A DNA stretch of 64,000 nucleotides from Gekko japonicus (GCF_001447785.1 NW_015169799.1:124001-188000); one strand, 5' to 3'; shown: positions 11,760 through 25,046, counted from the first letter of the stretch. Notes: a model not told the origin generated them from the letters alone. Numbers and translations are program-made.

Positions 11760-12850
11760 GCGATGCAGCCCTGGCATAAAAGTCCTTGCCACTCCCACCA
11801 TCTCATCTGCGGCCTCAGAACAGCCACTTGGCGTTGGTACTCAAAAGACCATCCCCCCAAGGCTGCGGCTGTAACAAGCTCTGTACGCGGGCTATGAACT
11901 ACTCCTGCGAGGTCTCGATGAGCGATCTGTGCGGCGATTCATCCAGCGGCAGAAGAACCGCCCAGCTGGCCCACCCGCCTTCCCCGAACCACGCAAGCCC
12001 GGAATTCTCCGACGACGCGTGCGAGGAGGGCTTCTTTCCGCTGGACAGAATCGGCCTTTTCTCGCTGGAGTGAAACTTTCAGCCAATCGGAGCGCCGCCT
12101 CCCCCCCCCCATCCTCGCAGAAGCCCCTGCCCCGGCAGCCACTGTGGAGACTCCGCGGAGGAGGCTCCTCCCTTTCTTTGCGGGAGCTGGGAGGAGGAGG
12201 AGGGGGGGCGGCAGACCCTGCAACCAGCGCTCTGCTCTTGCTCCGTCCCCCGTGTCTTCGGCTCCCGCTCTTTGCAATGAAAGCGCTGCTGGCTTCTTTG
12301 CCCCTTTAGCAGCAGCAAAAGGCCACACACCCCCACCCCCGCCCAAATTTAGTGCACAATGCTGGGCATGTACGTGCCGGACAGGTTTGCCCTGAAGTCC
12401 TCTAACATTCAAGACGGGATGGGGCTCTTTACAGCCCGGAGAGTAAAAAAGGTGGGTGATGCGTGGGCTGCCGCCCCCTAAAGTGAGGGGTATGGTTGCG
12501 ACGGGAGGGGTGCAGTGCCAGACGCAACGGGGTTGCTGTGACTTCTGCAAGCTCCTTTTCTCAATCGCTCTTAATTTTGCCTCCCCTCCATGGTTTTTTT
12601 GGAAGTTTTCCCGAATGTTGGGTCCTCCCGAGACAGCCTGCCACGTAGCACAGGAGAGGTCACTGCCGCTCGCGCGCGCGCTCTCGGGGCAGGCTTTCGA
12701 GTTCAAGTTCGCGTCCCGTCGCCCCCTCCCCGTCAATTCCCGCTCCACTTCCGTCTGCTGCGAGCTGGCGGGTGGAAAGGAAACCCCCCCCCCCCGAAAT
12801 TAAAGCAGGAATTTCTCTCCTGGGCTTCCCCTCCCCGACGTTGTTGTTGG
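11760..12850 (+). promoter_or_regulatory. CpG island / PRDM5 promoter
   Basis: GC- and CpG-rich block spanning exon 1 in an otherwise CpG-poor window. CCAAT at 12083-12087, GC box CCCCGCCC near 12337, ETS-like CACTTCCG near 12747. Boundaries approximate. Confidence 0.85.
12359..12451 (+). CDS. PRDM5: PRDM5 coding exon 1 ([31 protein letters not shown])
   Basis: Translation matches the recalled PRDM5 N-terminus ([26 protein letters not shown]). ATG in acaATGc context; 93 nt; donor AAG|gtgggt. Confidence 0.97.
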
Positions 12851-13369
12851 TAGACCTTGGGGTGGGAAAGCCACAAGAGTAAAAGAAGGACTCAGAAGTG
12901 GTTTCCCATGCACAATAGGTTTGTTTCCATCCACATTTCCAGCATGCAAATACGGGACATTCATCGGTTTACACTTAGAATCTGCGCGTTCCAGATCTCA
13001 GGCTCCATAGCACATGGGGTGTGGGGGGACGGAGGGATACAACAAATTCTCAAGAAAACTCTAATACTTGGGCCTCTTGGGAAAAAGGAAAGGCATAAAC
13101 AAATAATTGGGATGGTAATTCAAGGTTCTTTATTTTGGTTAGCAAAGTTAGGCAGGTGCCTCCCAAATTCCAGCATTTTTTTGGCTCCTGTTTCACACCT
13201 AGTGGGTACATACCTGTATTACCCTTCTGTACCTGTAGTTTGTATGCAGCATGTGAGAACACTGACATTTATTTACATCATGTATACCCCACCTGTCTTC
13301 CGGGTTGGAAGGGCGTACCTCATTCTCCTCTCCTTCATTTTATCTTCACAACAATCCTGTGAGGTGGAT

Positions 13370-13540
13370 CAAGATGGGTAGCTGTGTTAGTCTGTCTGTA
13401 GCAGTAGAAAAGAGTCCAGTAGCACCTTAAAGACTAACAAAATATGTGGCAGGGTAGGAGCTTTTGTGAGTCATTGCTCACTTCCTCAGATACAGCTAGA
13501 ATTGGGAGTCTATCTGCCCTATTTTTTGGAAAATGGAGTG
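13370..13540 (-). mobile_element. Penelope-like terminal repeat with hammerhead motif, inserted in an old SINE
   Basis: agtccagtagcaccttaaagactaacaaa family. Minus strand 13493-13454 reads GTAT CTGAGGA A GTGAG caatga CTCAC AAAA GCTC CTAC. Confidence 0.7.
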
Positions 13541-13900
13541 AAGTAGGTTATGGTATGATTGTATGACTGACTTAGGGTCACCCAGCAAGCTTTCACGGCA
13601 GTGTGGGGATTTGAACCTGGGTCTCCTAAATCAAACCTGGGTCTCCAGCACTGATTACTACACTATATTGGCTCACAGTCACTATGAAATCTTATGCATG
13701 TTTACTCCTCAAGAGTAAGTACCATTGAATTCAGTGGAGCCTTCTCCCTGCTAAGTGTGTGTAGGACTGCACTGTAAAAGTGTTTCTAACAGTGTATGTG
13801 GTGTGATCTTAAAGTTCGGAATGGAAGGATACTTGGGCTATGTTTGGATTTGAGAGCCTATACAAGGGAGGTCACTGCAGCTCCTATACAAGGGATGTAT

Positions 13901-14254
13901 AGGAGCTGCGGTGGCTCAAGTGGTTAAGACGCTGAACTGCAGGCTGTGGAAGGTCAGTAGCTCAGCAGTTCGAGACCCGGGTTCCGCATGATGGAGTGAG
14001 CTCCCATCTCTACTTCCAGCTCCTGCCAACCTAGCAGTTTGAAAGCAAGAAATTGCAAGTAGATAAATAGGTACCACTTCGGTGGGAAGGTAACAGCGTT
14101 CCGTGTGCCTTGGTGTTTAGTCATGCCGGCCACATGACCACGGAAATGTCTTCGGACAGTGCTGGCTGTTCGGCTTTGAAACGGAGATAAGCACCGCAAC
14201 CCTAGAGTCAGATTCGACTGGCTTTCGAGCAAGGGAACCTTTACCTTTACTTTT
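13901..14254 (+). mobile_element. Sauria SINE (BovB partner)
   Basis: tRNA-like head, core aaataggtacc...gggaaggtaacagcgttcc, (accttt)n tail; 14-bp TSD tacaagggatgtat at 13887-13900 and 14255-14268. Confidence 0.9.
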
Positions 14255-15088
14255 TACAAGGGATGTATTTCCATCTCTGCCATGGCCAGGACTTAGGACC
14301 AATGAAATTTTACTGTTTTCAAAGAGTTGGGTCTGGATTCCTTGTGTTTGCTGCAGCCACAGATTGCAAGTGGAGCAGCAAAATCAAGGAAATAACCCCC
14401 CCCCCGCCGCCGCTTGGCTTTCTTGCAGGAAGACAGCTTGGGTGTGGAGGCAGGAGTGCCCCCCCCCGCCGTTCATTCCCTACAGTGTCTGCGTGACTGC
14501 GAGGAACAGGAGATGGGAGAACCCAGACCCAGTTCTTTAAAAACAATAATGTTTAGTTTGCCTCAGGCCTCTATAATGCTCTCAAGAGCCCCTGTTTTTT
14601 AATATCCTTATTTGTTTGTTTGTTTGTTGATATCCCTCTTTTCATCCTGATGGGGACCCAAAGTTGCTAACAAAACAGGGAAAAGAAAGAGAAATAAAGA
14701 GGAAAAAATATGTGTCTGTGTGGGGATTCTGAGGGTCAAGCAGTCATTTCTGCCCAGCTTTCGGCTGAAGGACAACAACCTTTGGCTCATGCGTTTGGGC
14801 ATGGCTAGGTCCTAAGCATTAGTGAACAAAGAGAAGGACAGACTCAGGGAAGATGTTATTCAGCTGCTACTGGACAGCCAGCCAACAGGATCTTCCCAAA
14901 TTCCTCCTCTGCTTTCTCCCATTCCTCTGACTGGCAGTGTCATTCTATTCAGTTATACGCTTGTGATCCCAATGGCCTTAATGGATTTAGAAGGCTATCT
15001 TTGCTTAGGACGAGTGAGATGGGTGAAGCTATAACTGAGGCAAAAAGAAAGGCACCAATGTTTTTTTGCCTGTGTTATCCTGATTTAG

Positions 15089-15172
15089 GGTGAAAAATTT
15101 GGACCATTTGCAGGAGAGAAGCGAATGCCCCAGGAGCTGGATGAAAACACAGACTGCAGGCTGATGTGGGAG
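15089..15172 (+). CDS. PRDM5: PRDM5 coding exon 2 ([28 protein letters not shown])
   Basis: Acceptor tttag|G, donor GAG|gtgaga; 84 nt, phase 0; PR/SET FGPF.G motif. Confidence 0.97.
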
Positions 15173-15560
15173 GTGAGAGCTGTGGGACTGGCACTGCCTT
15201 GGTGGCTGTGGGGAGTCAGTGGGAGCATGGGTTTGCTCTAGAGTGGCTATTGTTTTGGGGTCTGACTAGATGTTCCTATGGACACAGAGCAGCTGTTGCT
15301 CTGTATTACCTATTCCACAAGCAGTCCAGATGAACACAATGAGATGCAATGTCATCACACCAATTGCATCTCTTGCCTCTGTGCAACCGGTCTACAGCTA
15401 ATGACATTATGTAACACAATGTTTTCAGCTAGATTTTATGAGGGGGAAAGTAGGAAGAGACATGGTGTGTTGCAGCTGTTCTGTGTATCTGGAGGAGGGT
15501 GCTAGAGGTCCTACCAAGACTGGTGCAAGGTAAATGTATCATCATCATCATCAACAACAT

Positions 15561-17160
15561 TATTCTATATTGAGATCGAGGCAGCATTTCAAACTAGTAA
15601 TTTCTTTATTAGCTCAGAACACAGACAAAGAACACACAGAACGACCCAACTATATACAGTTTGAACCAGGGAAACCAGACTTCCTGGAACAATAATTTCC
15701 AATCAACAATGAGAGCTTGGGTCCAATGGGAATTGTTCCCGCCGAAAGTCAGAGTCTTTCCGGATTGGTCTGTTCACAATAGCGACCAATCCAGTTGCGT
15801 AGTTTTGGATGCTGACAGTCTCTGGAGCTTGTGATCTAAGCTCACGCTTGCAAAGTAATACACATAACCCAATACATAACACTCCTCCTCCCTAAGTTAG
15901 CACACAAAGCCTTGTAAATAATCAGGGCGAGTTCTTACTCGTTGGGAACGCCGTGGTTCCCCAGCTGTCGAATTCGGGGCACTGCTGGAGCTGAGTGGCT
16001 GACAGTCCGCAGTGCAGTCGGGGACCATAGTGCCTGGACTCAGGCTCGATGGACGGTGTCCACTCTAGAGAGTTCCCATGCTCTGAGCAGGGTGATGAGG
16101 CAGCGCTTGCCTCCGACCCGGTGTTTGACTGGGGAACAATAGGAACAGAGCATGGCATGGGATCTTGCTCTGCCGCTTGGGTCTCTGTGTCAGCTGGCTC
16201 CAAGTCCCTGACCCAGCGCTGCCTAAGCTGGTCAAGGTGTCTCCGAAGGCCTCTCCTGTCTGCCGTAGTCACCACATACGACACTGGTCCGTTAGCTTTT
16301 GGAATCCAGATCGGCCCATCGCTGTAGTTATGGGCATAAACGAAGTCGCCAGGCTGGAAAGAACGAAGAGGCTCCAGAACCTCTTGCCGTGGTGGACGAT
16401 CTGAAGTGAGGTCCGGGTGCAGCTGGTCAAGCATTGTAGATAAACGGTGGTTCATCAGAAGTTCCATGGGGCTCCTCCTGGTAGCTGTGTGAGGCGTTAC
16501 GTGCTGCTGCAGTAGGAAGTCTGCTACTCTCTGGTTCCAGTCACCGTAGACTATTTTTCGCAGTGCGTCCTTTGTAGTGCGGACCATTCATTCAGCCTGC
16601 CCGTTAGTGGATGGATGAAACGGGCTGCCGTGACGTGCTGGATCAAATTGGCGTCCATAAATTTCTGGAACTCAGATGATGTGAATTGTGTCCTGTTGTC
16701 GGACATGATAGTCCTGGGCAGTCCGTGCGTGCTAAAGATGCAGCACAACGCCTGAATGACCGACGCAGAGGTCATTACTGACATTGGGACTACTTCCAGC
16801 CATTTAGAAAATGAGTCCACAACAATTAGGAAGGTTTGTCCCTGAAAGGGGCCAGCAAAGTCTATGTGCAGGTGGGACCATGGCACCCAGGTGGTTTCTC
16901 TGCGCTGTACTGGTGCCTGAGGTGGTTCTAGTCGCAACTCTTGGTAGTGTTGGCAAGTCCGGACCCAGCCTTCAATTTCCTAGTCCAATCCTGGCCACCA
17001 TACATAGCTGCGAGCTAATGCCTTCATCCGGACGACTCCTGGGTGTCTGGCATGCAGGGCTTCAAGCACCCAGTGGCAAAGTATGGGGGGGAATGACCAC
17101 ATGGCTGCCCCAAAGCAGGCAACCCTTGTGGGCTCAGAGTGGCTTGCAACATGCAGTCCA
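15561..17160 (-). mobile_element. Gypsy LTR retrotransposon remnant (integrase + PPT + 3' LTR)
   Basis: Integrase motifs H..HPGV.RMKALARSYVWWPG, HIDFAGPFQG...VDSFSKW, SDN.TQFTS.EF. PPT agggaggaggag then TGTTATG at 15881; LTR about 15561-15881. Confidence 0.9.
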
Positions 17161-17714
17161 TAAAACAATACAACAGTAAAAGCAGTAAAACAGTCAGTGG
17201 CATGATAAACATTGCTCCCCCAGTTGGAATAACAAGACAGACAACAGTTTGGAAGTAAACAAGGGCCCCTTTATTAACTATTTAACACAACATTGCTGCA
17301 AGGGACCAGCTAAGTGAGCATGGAACAGGCAAGGCTGGTATCATTCCCCTGACCAACCTCCTTGCCCTTTTCTTGGGCGGGTCACCCAGCTCTGGTCTTG
17401 AGCCATTGCAAACCCTACCCCTTACCTCATAGTGTTCTGATGCTTAAAACATAATTCTGATATCAGAACAGCGCAAGGTAGGCACAAAAATGCTCAAAGC
17501 AATGGAACACCATGAAGTGGGGGGGGGTTGAGTAAAAAAATCAGAACTCCCCCACCTTCTCCTTTTTCCTTGTATGTCTCCGTTAAGTCTCATTTGACAA
17601 GCATTCTCTTCCACTGAAATCAATCAGATTTACAAGTGCTTACCTATAGGTGGATTGTGCCCACATATTTAATTCGTCTGTAGAAACAGCTTGTGATCTT
17701 TTCCTACAACAGTA

Positions 17715-18040
17715 GTTATACCGCAAGTCCTACAAAAAGAACCCACTGCTCTTCTGAGATAGGTGCACCCCACCAGCCCTATACAGGTCTTGGAACTCGA
17801 CCCGTATACCAGGGTGTGGCAGAAATTGTTGTCGACCAGGGCAACTGAAATCGGGTGAAAGCGGAGCCTGGCCTTTTCTAGCAGAGCCGGTTCCGCGCCC
17901 GCCACCCATGTCACAACGCTGTGCATCATGTGCTCTGTTGCTGCCTGGGTTTCCTCCGGCGCAGCAAAACAGCCCCCCAGACCTCCAGCGGCTTTGCCGG
18001 GAGGCAGGAGCTCCAATATCATCAAACCGCATGCCTCATA
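17715..18040 (-). mobile_element. DIRS/Ngaro-type SGNH hydrolase ORF fragment (putative)
   Basis: Across two frames: GMRFDD, W.AGAEPALLEKAR, HPGI....DLYRAGGVHLS (resembles SGNH block V LYRxDGVHLS). Confidence 0.5.
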
Positions 18041-18099
18041 TCAGGTGAATATAGGTGCTCAAGTGCCCAGTAATATTATCTGACAGCAGGCACTGGGAA

Positions 18100-18225
18100 A
18101 CGGGCCATAAACAGGGCAGGCCCGAATGGTTGAATGTCCGCCACCTCAAACAAAAGCCTGGCGGAACCGCTCCGTTTTACAGGCTTTGCGGAACTGTAAT
18201 AGGTCCCGCAGGGCCCTGACCTCAA
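18100..18225 (-). mobile_element. L2 3' fragment
   Basis: RALRDLLQFRKACKTE.FRQAF, the same C-terminus as other L2 copies here. Confidence 0.75.
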
Positions 18226-18415
18226 GTGAGACTTTGCTTGTGAGAATTATCACCAGTTGGTGTTCTTGAGACAAAGCATAATACATGATACAAAATAAGA
18301 AATTATATATAAATAATCTTAAATTTGACAGCTCATCATCCCAGGGCTCATAATTTAATTGAGTGGATACAGAATTTTGATTTTTATATGACAGTATATT
18401 CACAGTCCTGGTATT

Positions 18416-18445
18416 CTCACTCACTCACTCACTCACTCACTCACT
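18416..18445. repeat. (CTCA)n microsatellite
   Basis: Seen directly. Confidence 0.95.
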
Positions 18446-19244
18446 GTATGTGTATTTAAAGACTTAATAAGAGTTTGTGTTGAGCAATGACATCCTATGC
18501 ATTGGATTGGGAGGACTATTCCTGTCAGGGCTATCATATAGCTAAGACTAGTAGCTGCAGCAGGAGGACATTTGTGGAGAGAAGTCATCATTGTTCTCTG
18601 AAAGCATCCTTGCTGCTGTTGAGAAGGAGGAGATGAGACAGCAAGAGCTTAATCAGCAGCTCTGTCCTTTACCCATGCAACTAAATGTCAACATCTGGGA
18701 AAGGGAATCCTTGAAACCACAGTGGAGTCTTCAGCAGAGGACTAGAACAGAACACCCTTGGGGTGGAACAAGGGTGAAGGTGCCATCCTTTCACCATCTG
18801 TTCCTTATTACCAATCCATCAACCACTGAAGAATGCTCTCTCTCCAGCATAGGAAACATTTCTCTCCAAAAACAAAACTGTGCTACTTCATTAGTTAGAG
18901 TTCAATGGCAACAGTTGTTACTATTATTCAAATGGTGTGTGATCATTTGCTATCCAATTGAAAGAATGGTAGAACCATAATAAATAAATAAAGTCTAAAA
19001 TATTACAGTAGTCTCACAACTGAGTTTCTTTTAATGAACATATTTTAACTAATTCAGAGGGGTACAACTATCTGTTTATTTATAAATTTATGTCCAGTGC
19101 TTTTATTTAATACTACTCCATTCATTGATCTTTATTATGGCCCACAAGTCATGCAGAATCAGAAAAGTTATTTCTCTAAATATCATTCAACCAAGTACAT
19201 CAGACAATGAAAACGTTTAGAGGTTATCAGAGTAAATTACACAT

Positions 19245-20072
19245 ATGACATTATATCAACCCATATTTTCCTAGCAGAGTTTAAAGTTCAAAAATAACAA
19301 AATATTTTATTCAATGTAGAGGTCAGGTGAAATCAGGGGGAAATTTCTGAGGTAAATCAATAAAGAACTCTGAAGTAAATGAGTACAGACTATAGTTCAT
19401 ATGTTTCAAGCAATTTTCACAGTGGCTTACAATCTTTAAAATGAGAGACTTTTGTTTCAGTGTTTCGTAAACACTCCAGTATACTTTCTTGAACGTATTT
19501 GGCTCTTTTGGTTTCCAGAAGGCAGGGATACTCTGTCTAGTACCCAGACTCCTTCACTAAGCACACCAGTACTCTTCTTGAGTTTAAACTGACTCCTCAG
19601 AATTTAAAAGGCAGTTTCTAAACACACCAGTCCAGGGATCTCTCCACTCTTCAGAGCTATCTCCCTGTTTTAACTGGGTAGGGAAATTCCTCTCTCAGTA
19701 GAAGATCTGTCCTTTTTCCTGGCCTGAATGGTAGTCTTCACCCACTCTTCCTGCAAACCTTCCCAGCGCTCCATTTGTGTTAAACTGTTCTAGGTCAGGG
19801 CTTAACACAATTCCTGTCAGTATTAAACCCTTCTTGGTCAAGGCTATACTCAGACTCTATCAGTACTAGACTCTTCTCAGGGATGAATTCAGACTGCCAT
19901 CTCCTCAGCATTTAGCTCTCAAGTCTTTCTCTACTCAACTGATGCTAACCAGTCAAATTCCTTAGAGCAGTCTGTCTCTCAAGGCTCTCTGGCTCTGTGA
20001 GGAATTAACCCTTCATAGTTCCATTACCTGTTTAGACAGAACTTATAAGATTTTAAAGTGCAGTCTGTCACA
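19245..20072 (-). mobile_element. Solo LTR-like element, copy A
   Basis: Starts TGTGACAGACTGCAC on the minus strand; aligns as an inverted copy of 25047-26186; contains AATAAA. Confidence 0.7.
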
Positions 20073-20889
20073 CTCTGACTATGGCTATGTTGGTAACACT
20101 TGAGCCTCTAGCTTGTAGTGTGATGTTTAAAAGATATGCCATCTACTACCAGATATCTAATTATCAGATAGTAAAGTTAGCGTTCTTATTTTCTGGCTGC
20201 AAGACCATAGAGACTGTCTTACCTACTATTATCTTATTCTTTAAGTATGTAATAAATCTTCATATATTTTACCAAGGTCTGATTTCTTGTGTACATATAG
20301 CCTTGAGAAGCCACATCTCTGAGCGCTGCTTGCTTGCCAAAGGGGTGGCAACTCAGAGGGATTGAGGCTTGGGTCCTTGACAGTCACTTACACTATTAAA
20401 TTTAGAGTGGTAAGCATATTTAAAACAGTAAATTTATTAACAAACTAAATCATCTAGCAATAAAGCCAGCAATAATCACAACCTAAAAATTATACAAAGG
20501 TCCCACTAGATTTTAAAAATAGCAGTGAAGATTAAAGAACCCAACAGCTCTAAAGCCACAGCAGAACAAACTATAATTTCAAACCTGGCACGAAAGTAGC
20601 TTAATTATTTGGGGAGATTTAATTCCTTTAGATTTAGAAGGTCTGTTTATACCAGTCTCCTTAAGATCATAGATGGCCAACTGAGTCTCAAGGGTGAATG
20701 AGTTCCATATCTTAGGGACTTGACTCCGCTAATGACTTGACTTCACCTTGCATGGAGTTTGCATGTGAAGAAGGCCTACCTTCAAAGATCTGAAGCTATG
20801 TTAAACTGTTGCAACAAAATCCAGCAAGAGTCTTGTGGCATCATAAAGACTAACAGATTTGTTGTGGTATAATTTCCCATGGATTCAAG

Positions 20890-21095
20890 CAGTGTTCCCT
20901 CTAAGCTGAGTTAGTGTGAGCTAGCTCACAGTTTTTTAGCCTCCAGCTCACAGATTTTTGTCTTAGCTCAGGAAGGAGGGCTCCAGAGCAAACTGATTTA
21001 TGCAGTTGCCAAATCGCTCGCTCACAACTTTAAGGCCCGTAGCTCCCAAAGTAGAATTTTTGCTCACAAGACTTCACAGCTTAGAGGGAACATTG
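20890..21095. mobile_element. hAT-type MITE, same family as 10175-10372, opposite orientation
   Basis: TIRs cagtgttccctctaagctg / cagcttagagggaacattg; 8-bp TSD gattcaag; inserted in a Penelope-like terminal fragment. Confidence 0.9.
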
Positions 21096-21765
21096 GATTC
21101 AAGTCTATTTCATCAGACAGTGGTGTTTATAAAAGGCTGAATATGTTAATGCTGCAGAAAAAAGGTAGGCTGTTGATCTAGAAGATAAATGACTCTTATA
21201 AATGGTTTGTTATCATTTAGTTAAAAATGTTGCCAGTTTCACCTACATTTTCTAAAAACCAACTATTAAAGAACGTTTAGATGTCTCTCTTACACTGTTT
21301 CATAAGTTTCCCTATAGACATATTTTCAGAATCTTACACAGAGTCCTACATACCAAATTTTATGACTTCCTGAATGGTTGAACCCCAGTGGTTTATGTTT
21401 AGAAACACTGATCTGAATACAAGTGTTGTAGGGTCTTATAAATCATGCTTTGAAGTGGCATTCTGTGAGAAGATTGGTGCCAGGAATATATAAGGTAAAA
21501 AACAGCTGTCTTAATCTGAATAGACAGTCCTTCCAGAAACCAGGAAAGCAAGTGATAATGTTTAGCCAAGTTAGTCAAGTGGTTGTTCAATTGAAACACA
21601 TATATTGTTTATTATTATTTTGTGACTGTATTGCTGTAGATTGAAAGAGGAATTAATTCCAGTTTATAAGAAAAATTTTTCTAGGTTACAGAAATGAGAA
21701 ACAAATGAAAGAATGACTTGCTCTTGGCTAGATTGCTTGACTGGGTAGAAGTGGCTAGAATACAA

Positions 21766-21962
21766 CCTGTGCCATCAAATCACAGCTGTTTTATGGTGAT
21801 CCTGTAGGGTTTTCAAGGCAAGAGACTAACACAGGTAGTTGGCCATTGCATAACAATCCTGAAATTCCTTGGGAGTCTCCCATCTAAATACTAACTGGGG
21901 CTGACCCTGCTTAGCTTCCAAGATCAGAAGAGATTGGACTAGCCTGGGCCATCCAGGTCAGG
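21766..21962 (-). mobile_element. 5S rRNA-derived SINE
   Basis: Minus strand gatcttggaagctaagcagggtcag...gttagtatttagatgggagac matches the 5S internal promoter region, followed by a non-5S tail. Confidence 0.75.
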
Positions 21963-22754
21963 GCAGAAACCTAAGCTAAAAATAATTCACAAAGATAGAT
22001 TAGATTAACACATATATGAAAACTATGGAATATACCACATGCCCAGTTTTAGTTTTTAGTTACTTTTAAAATCATAAATGCAGACATCAGAGCTGGTTCA
22101 TTTAGCCAAGGATTCACTACTTGCGGTGGTGAAATGGAAGCTCATATCTCTGTTTCACCTTCTTGTCCCATATAAATACAATAATACTTGTATTACCCCT
22201 CTCTTTCCAAAAAGGAGTGGAAGATGAAGCAAATAAGGTCTAGGTGTTGGTCTGAAGCAGTAGAACAAATTTTGAGTCTAGTGGCACCTTTAAGACCCAC
22301 AAAGGGTCTGTGCTTGCATGTCACAAGCAAATTCTTCTTTGTACTGTGTGGGAATGAATACATGTTACTCTGCCACCACACATACTGGGTGCATGGCTGG
22401 GTGGCTCTCAAAGATGTGGAAAAGTGTTCTCATTTAAGAACTAGATATCCTATAGAACTTCTGTCTCTACATACCCATGTAATACTTCCATCTGCTGTAC
22501 ATAGAAGCACTTTGGAAAATAGTTTTTCCCCCTTCCAAGAGTATTTTATACACCCAAAGTAAACTTCTCTCTCTTGGTTATAAGGTCATTTTGGCATATA
22601 TGGCTACCAGTTTCAGTTATCATTGAGTGTTTTGATTATTGTCCCATCTGAAAGGACAACAGTTTCATAGGAAATAAAACATCAGGGTAAGGGGTAGGTG
22701 AAAACCCTTTCTCCTCACATTCTGCCTTTGGCACTTGGAGATTTTGATTTGGAA

Positions 22755-23095
22755 GACCGTGGTGTTTCAGAGGTTAAGGACACTGAGTTGCAGACTGGAA
22801 GGTCGGCAGTTTGAGACCCTAGTGCCGCATGATGGAGTGAACTCCCATCTCTGGCCCCAGCTCCTGCCAACCTAGCAGTTCAAAAGCAAGAAATTGCAAG
22901 TAGATAAATAGGTACCGCTTTGGTGGGAAGGTAACAGCGTTCAGTGCGCCCTGGCGTCTAGTCATGCCGGCCACATGACCACGGAAACATCTTCGAACAG
23001 CACTGGCTCTTCAGCTTGGAAACGGAGATGAGCACTGCACACCTAGAGTCAGATTCGACTGGCTTTCAAGCAAGGGAAACCTTTACCTTTACCTT
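22755..23095 (+). mobile_element. Sauria SINE
   Basis: Closely similar to 13901-14254; (accttt)n tail. Confidence 0.88.
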
Positions 23096-24274
23096 AGTCA
23101 TGGAAACCTTTCTGTATGTGCAGAAATCCTAATAGTCTGTGGAAAGCTTTCACATGCTTGTTCTGAATGTGCAGATTACCCTGAGTTGAGCCTTACTGCT
23201 AGGATCCAAGATCTTTTTTTTTTTTTTGCAAATGTCAGTCTTTGCCCATGCTGTACTAAAGCTATGACCCTAAATCTCCTTGGACTTTCAAGGCCCTATG
23301 GACCTTGGGTGATGTTCAGTGTGTTTGGGATTGCAGCCCATATCCCATGGCTATGTGGTCTCATATAACAAAGCAATTGCTTGAACTCTGACGAAACTAA
23401 CATTCTTGGAGGGCTTTGTGAAGACACCCTGCTATGTGGCTTGATGTTTTTCTTTTGTCTTTGTCAAAACAGTTCTTATGTGTTCAGACCATGTCTGTAT
23501 TTGTGATCAGGTTACATCATTGCTGTGCCTGCGATGCTGTTGTAAACGTCTCTTTTTGAAGAAATTAAGGCAGTGGTACTTCCTTAGTTAGTTGTCAGAC
23601 TCCTGAGGTTTGAAACAAACAACAGTATCCTTGGATTCATTTGCCAAATTTAGGACTACAGCACGAGGCAGGGCATGGAAACATTTCGGCTGCACACCGC
23701 AAACCACTTGCTGTGAAGCAGTCTTCAGTGAAACTCCTTCAGTGGAACTATGTGACTGTAACTCAAGCCAACTGAAGACTTGTGAAGAGGTTTACAGCTG
23801 TGGATAAAACCACCCCAAACACTATAAATCAATATTTGCCACCACCTACACTATTCTGTGCAGGGTTGGAGGTCTCCAAACTATAAACAGCAATTTATCT
23901 CCTTTTACAAGGGTCCCTTACCTTATATTGGTAGTGTATGGATAAGCAATCCAAGGTAATGAGGGGGTGGAATGAGTTTTTACTGAGAAACACACAGAAT
24001 TCCCAGCATCATTATTAAAACCTTTTATTACAATACCAGTAGAACAGGGACATTGGTAATTAAAAGGAAGACACACAAATATTACATTTCATGCTAGGAT
24101 ACTTGGGTGCAAAGTGGGAACAAACCCAGGTTGGGTTAGTGGGTGAGGTGAGAAGGGCAACACATGTGAATAGGAAAATGAGGCCACAACTTTATTGACT
24201 GCAGATCCCTTCAGTCTTGGCATAGCATCATTATGGAATGGCAGAAAGTACAATGTGTGATGACCCTTTCTCTT

Positions 24275-24468
24275 TGTGTGCAGAGTGCTGTCAAGTCACA
24301 GCTGACTTATGGCAACCCCAGCAAGGGGCTTTCAAGGCAAGTGAGAAGTAGAGGTGGTTTGCCATTGCCTTCCTCTGCAGAGCCTTCCTTGGTGGTCTCT
24401 GTTCCAAGTACCAACCCTGCATAGCTACTGAGATCTGATGAGAATGGGCGGTACTATGTGGCCTTCCA
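24275..24468 (-). mobile_element. 5S rRNA-derived SINE
   Basis: Same head and tail (gcaatggcaaaccacctct...gtgacttgacagcac) as 59143-59335. Confidence 0.75.
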
Positions 24469-25046
24469 TCCTAATACCCCTGTTACTGATATGGATTTAT
24501 GCTTATGCAAAGAATGGTTCACGGAGACATAACTGCAGTAGAACTCTGTGCTTAGGAAACAGTGCCAGACTCTTATACTTTGTAGCCTGTCTGTTGGAAA
24601 CCCATAATGAAGAGTTGTTTCTACTCCTAGTCTATTTCACCTTAGTAAAGTAGGCATAAATTACAGTGGTTTTACATACTCTCATTTCTTCACTTTATAG
24701 CAAGGTGGATGTGCCTTGTCTTTCAGGCTCACATCCTTTCTGTCACCTCACTGGGGCAAGGGAGAACAAGAGTTTACAGCACCCTCAGTTTCATCTTACC
24801 TCTTGCTCACTTTCACCTCTGTCTTGGATGCCCCTTGAATGGATAAGGGAATCCTCCTTGGCCTGAGGTGAGGAGGGCTTATATATCTTGTGATGACCTA
24901 ACCCCCCTTCCCCATCCTCCTGGTAAGCCCCTCAAAGTATTGTGAGAGCCTGGTTGCCAAACTGTAGCTGGCCATTGCTGGCATGACCTTTGTATGGGTA
25001 CAGAGGAATAGCCATCACGCAGGCAACTGGAAGTCCTCTTGCTTCC

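Noticed and set aside
11786-13381. Many overlapping ORFs, including the 269-aa minus-strand ORF 11939-12748
   Set aside because: Expected from stop-codon scarcity in a CpG island; no recognisable domains; the true coding part is 12359-12451.
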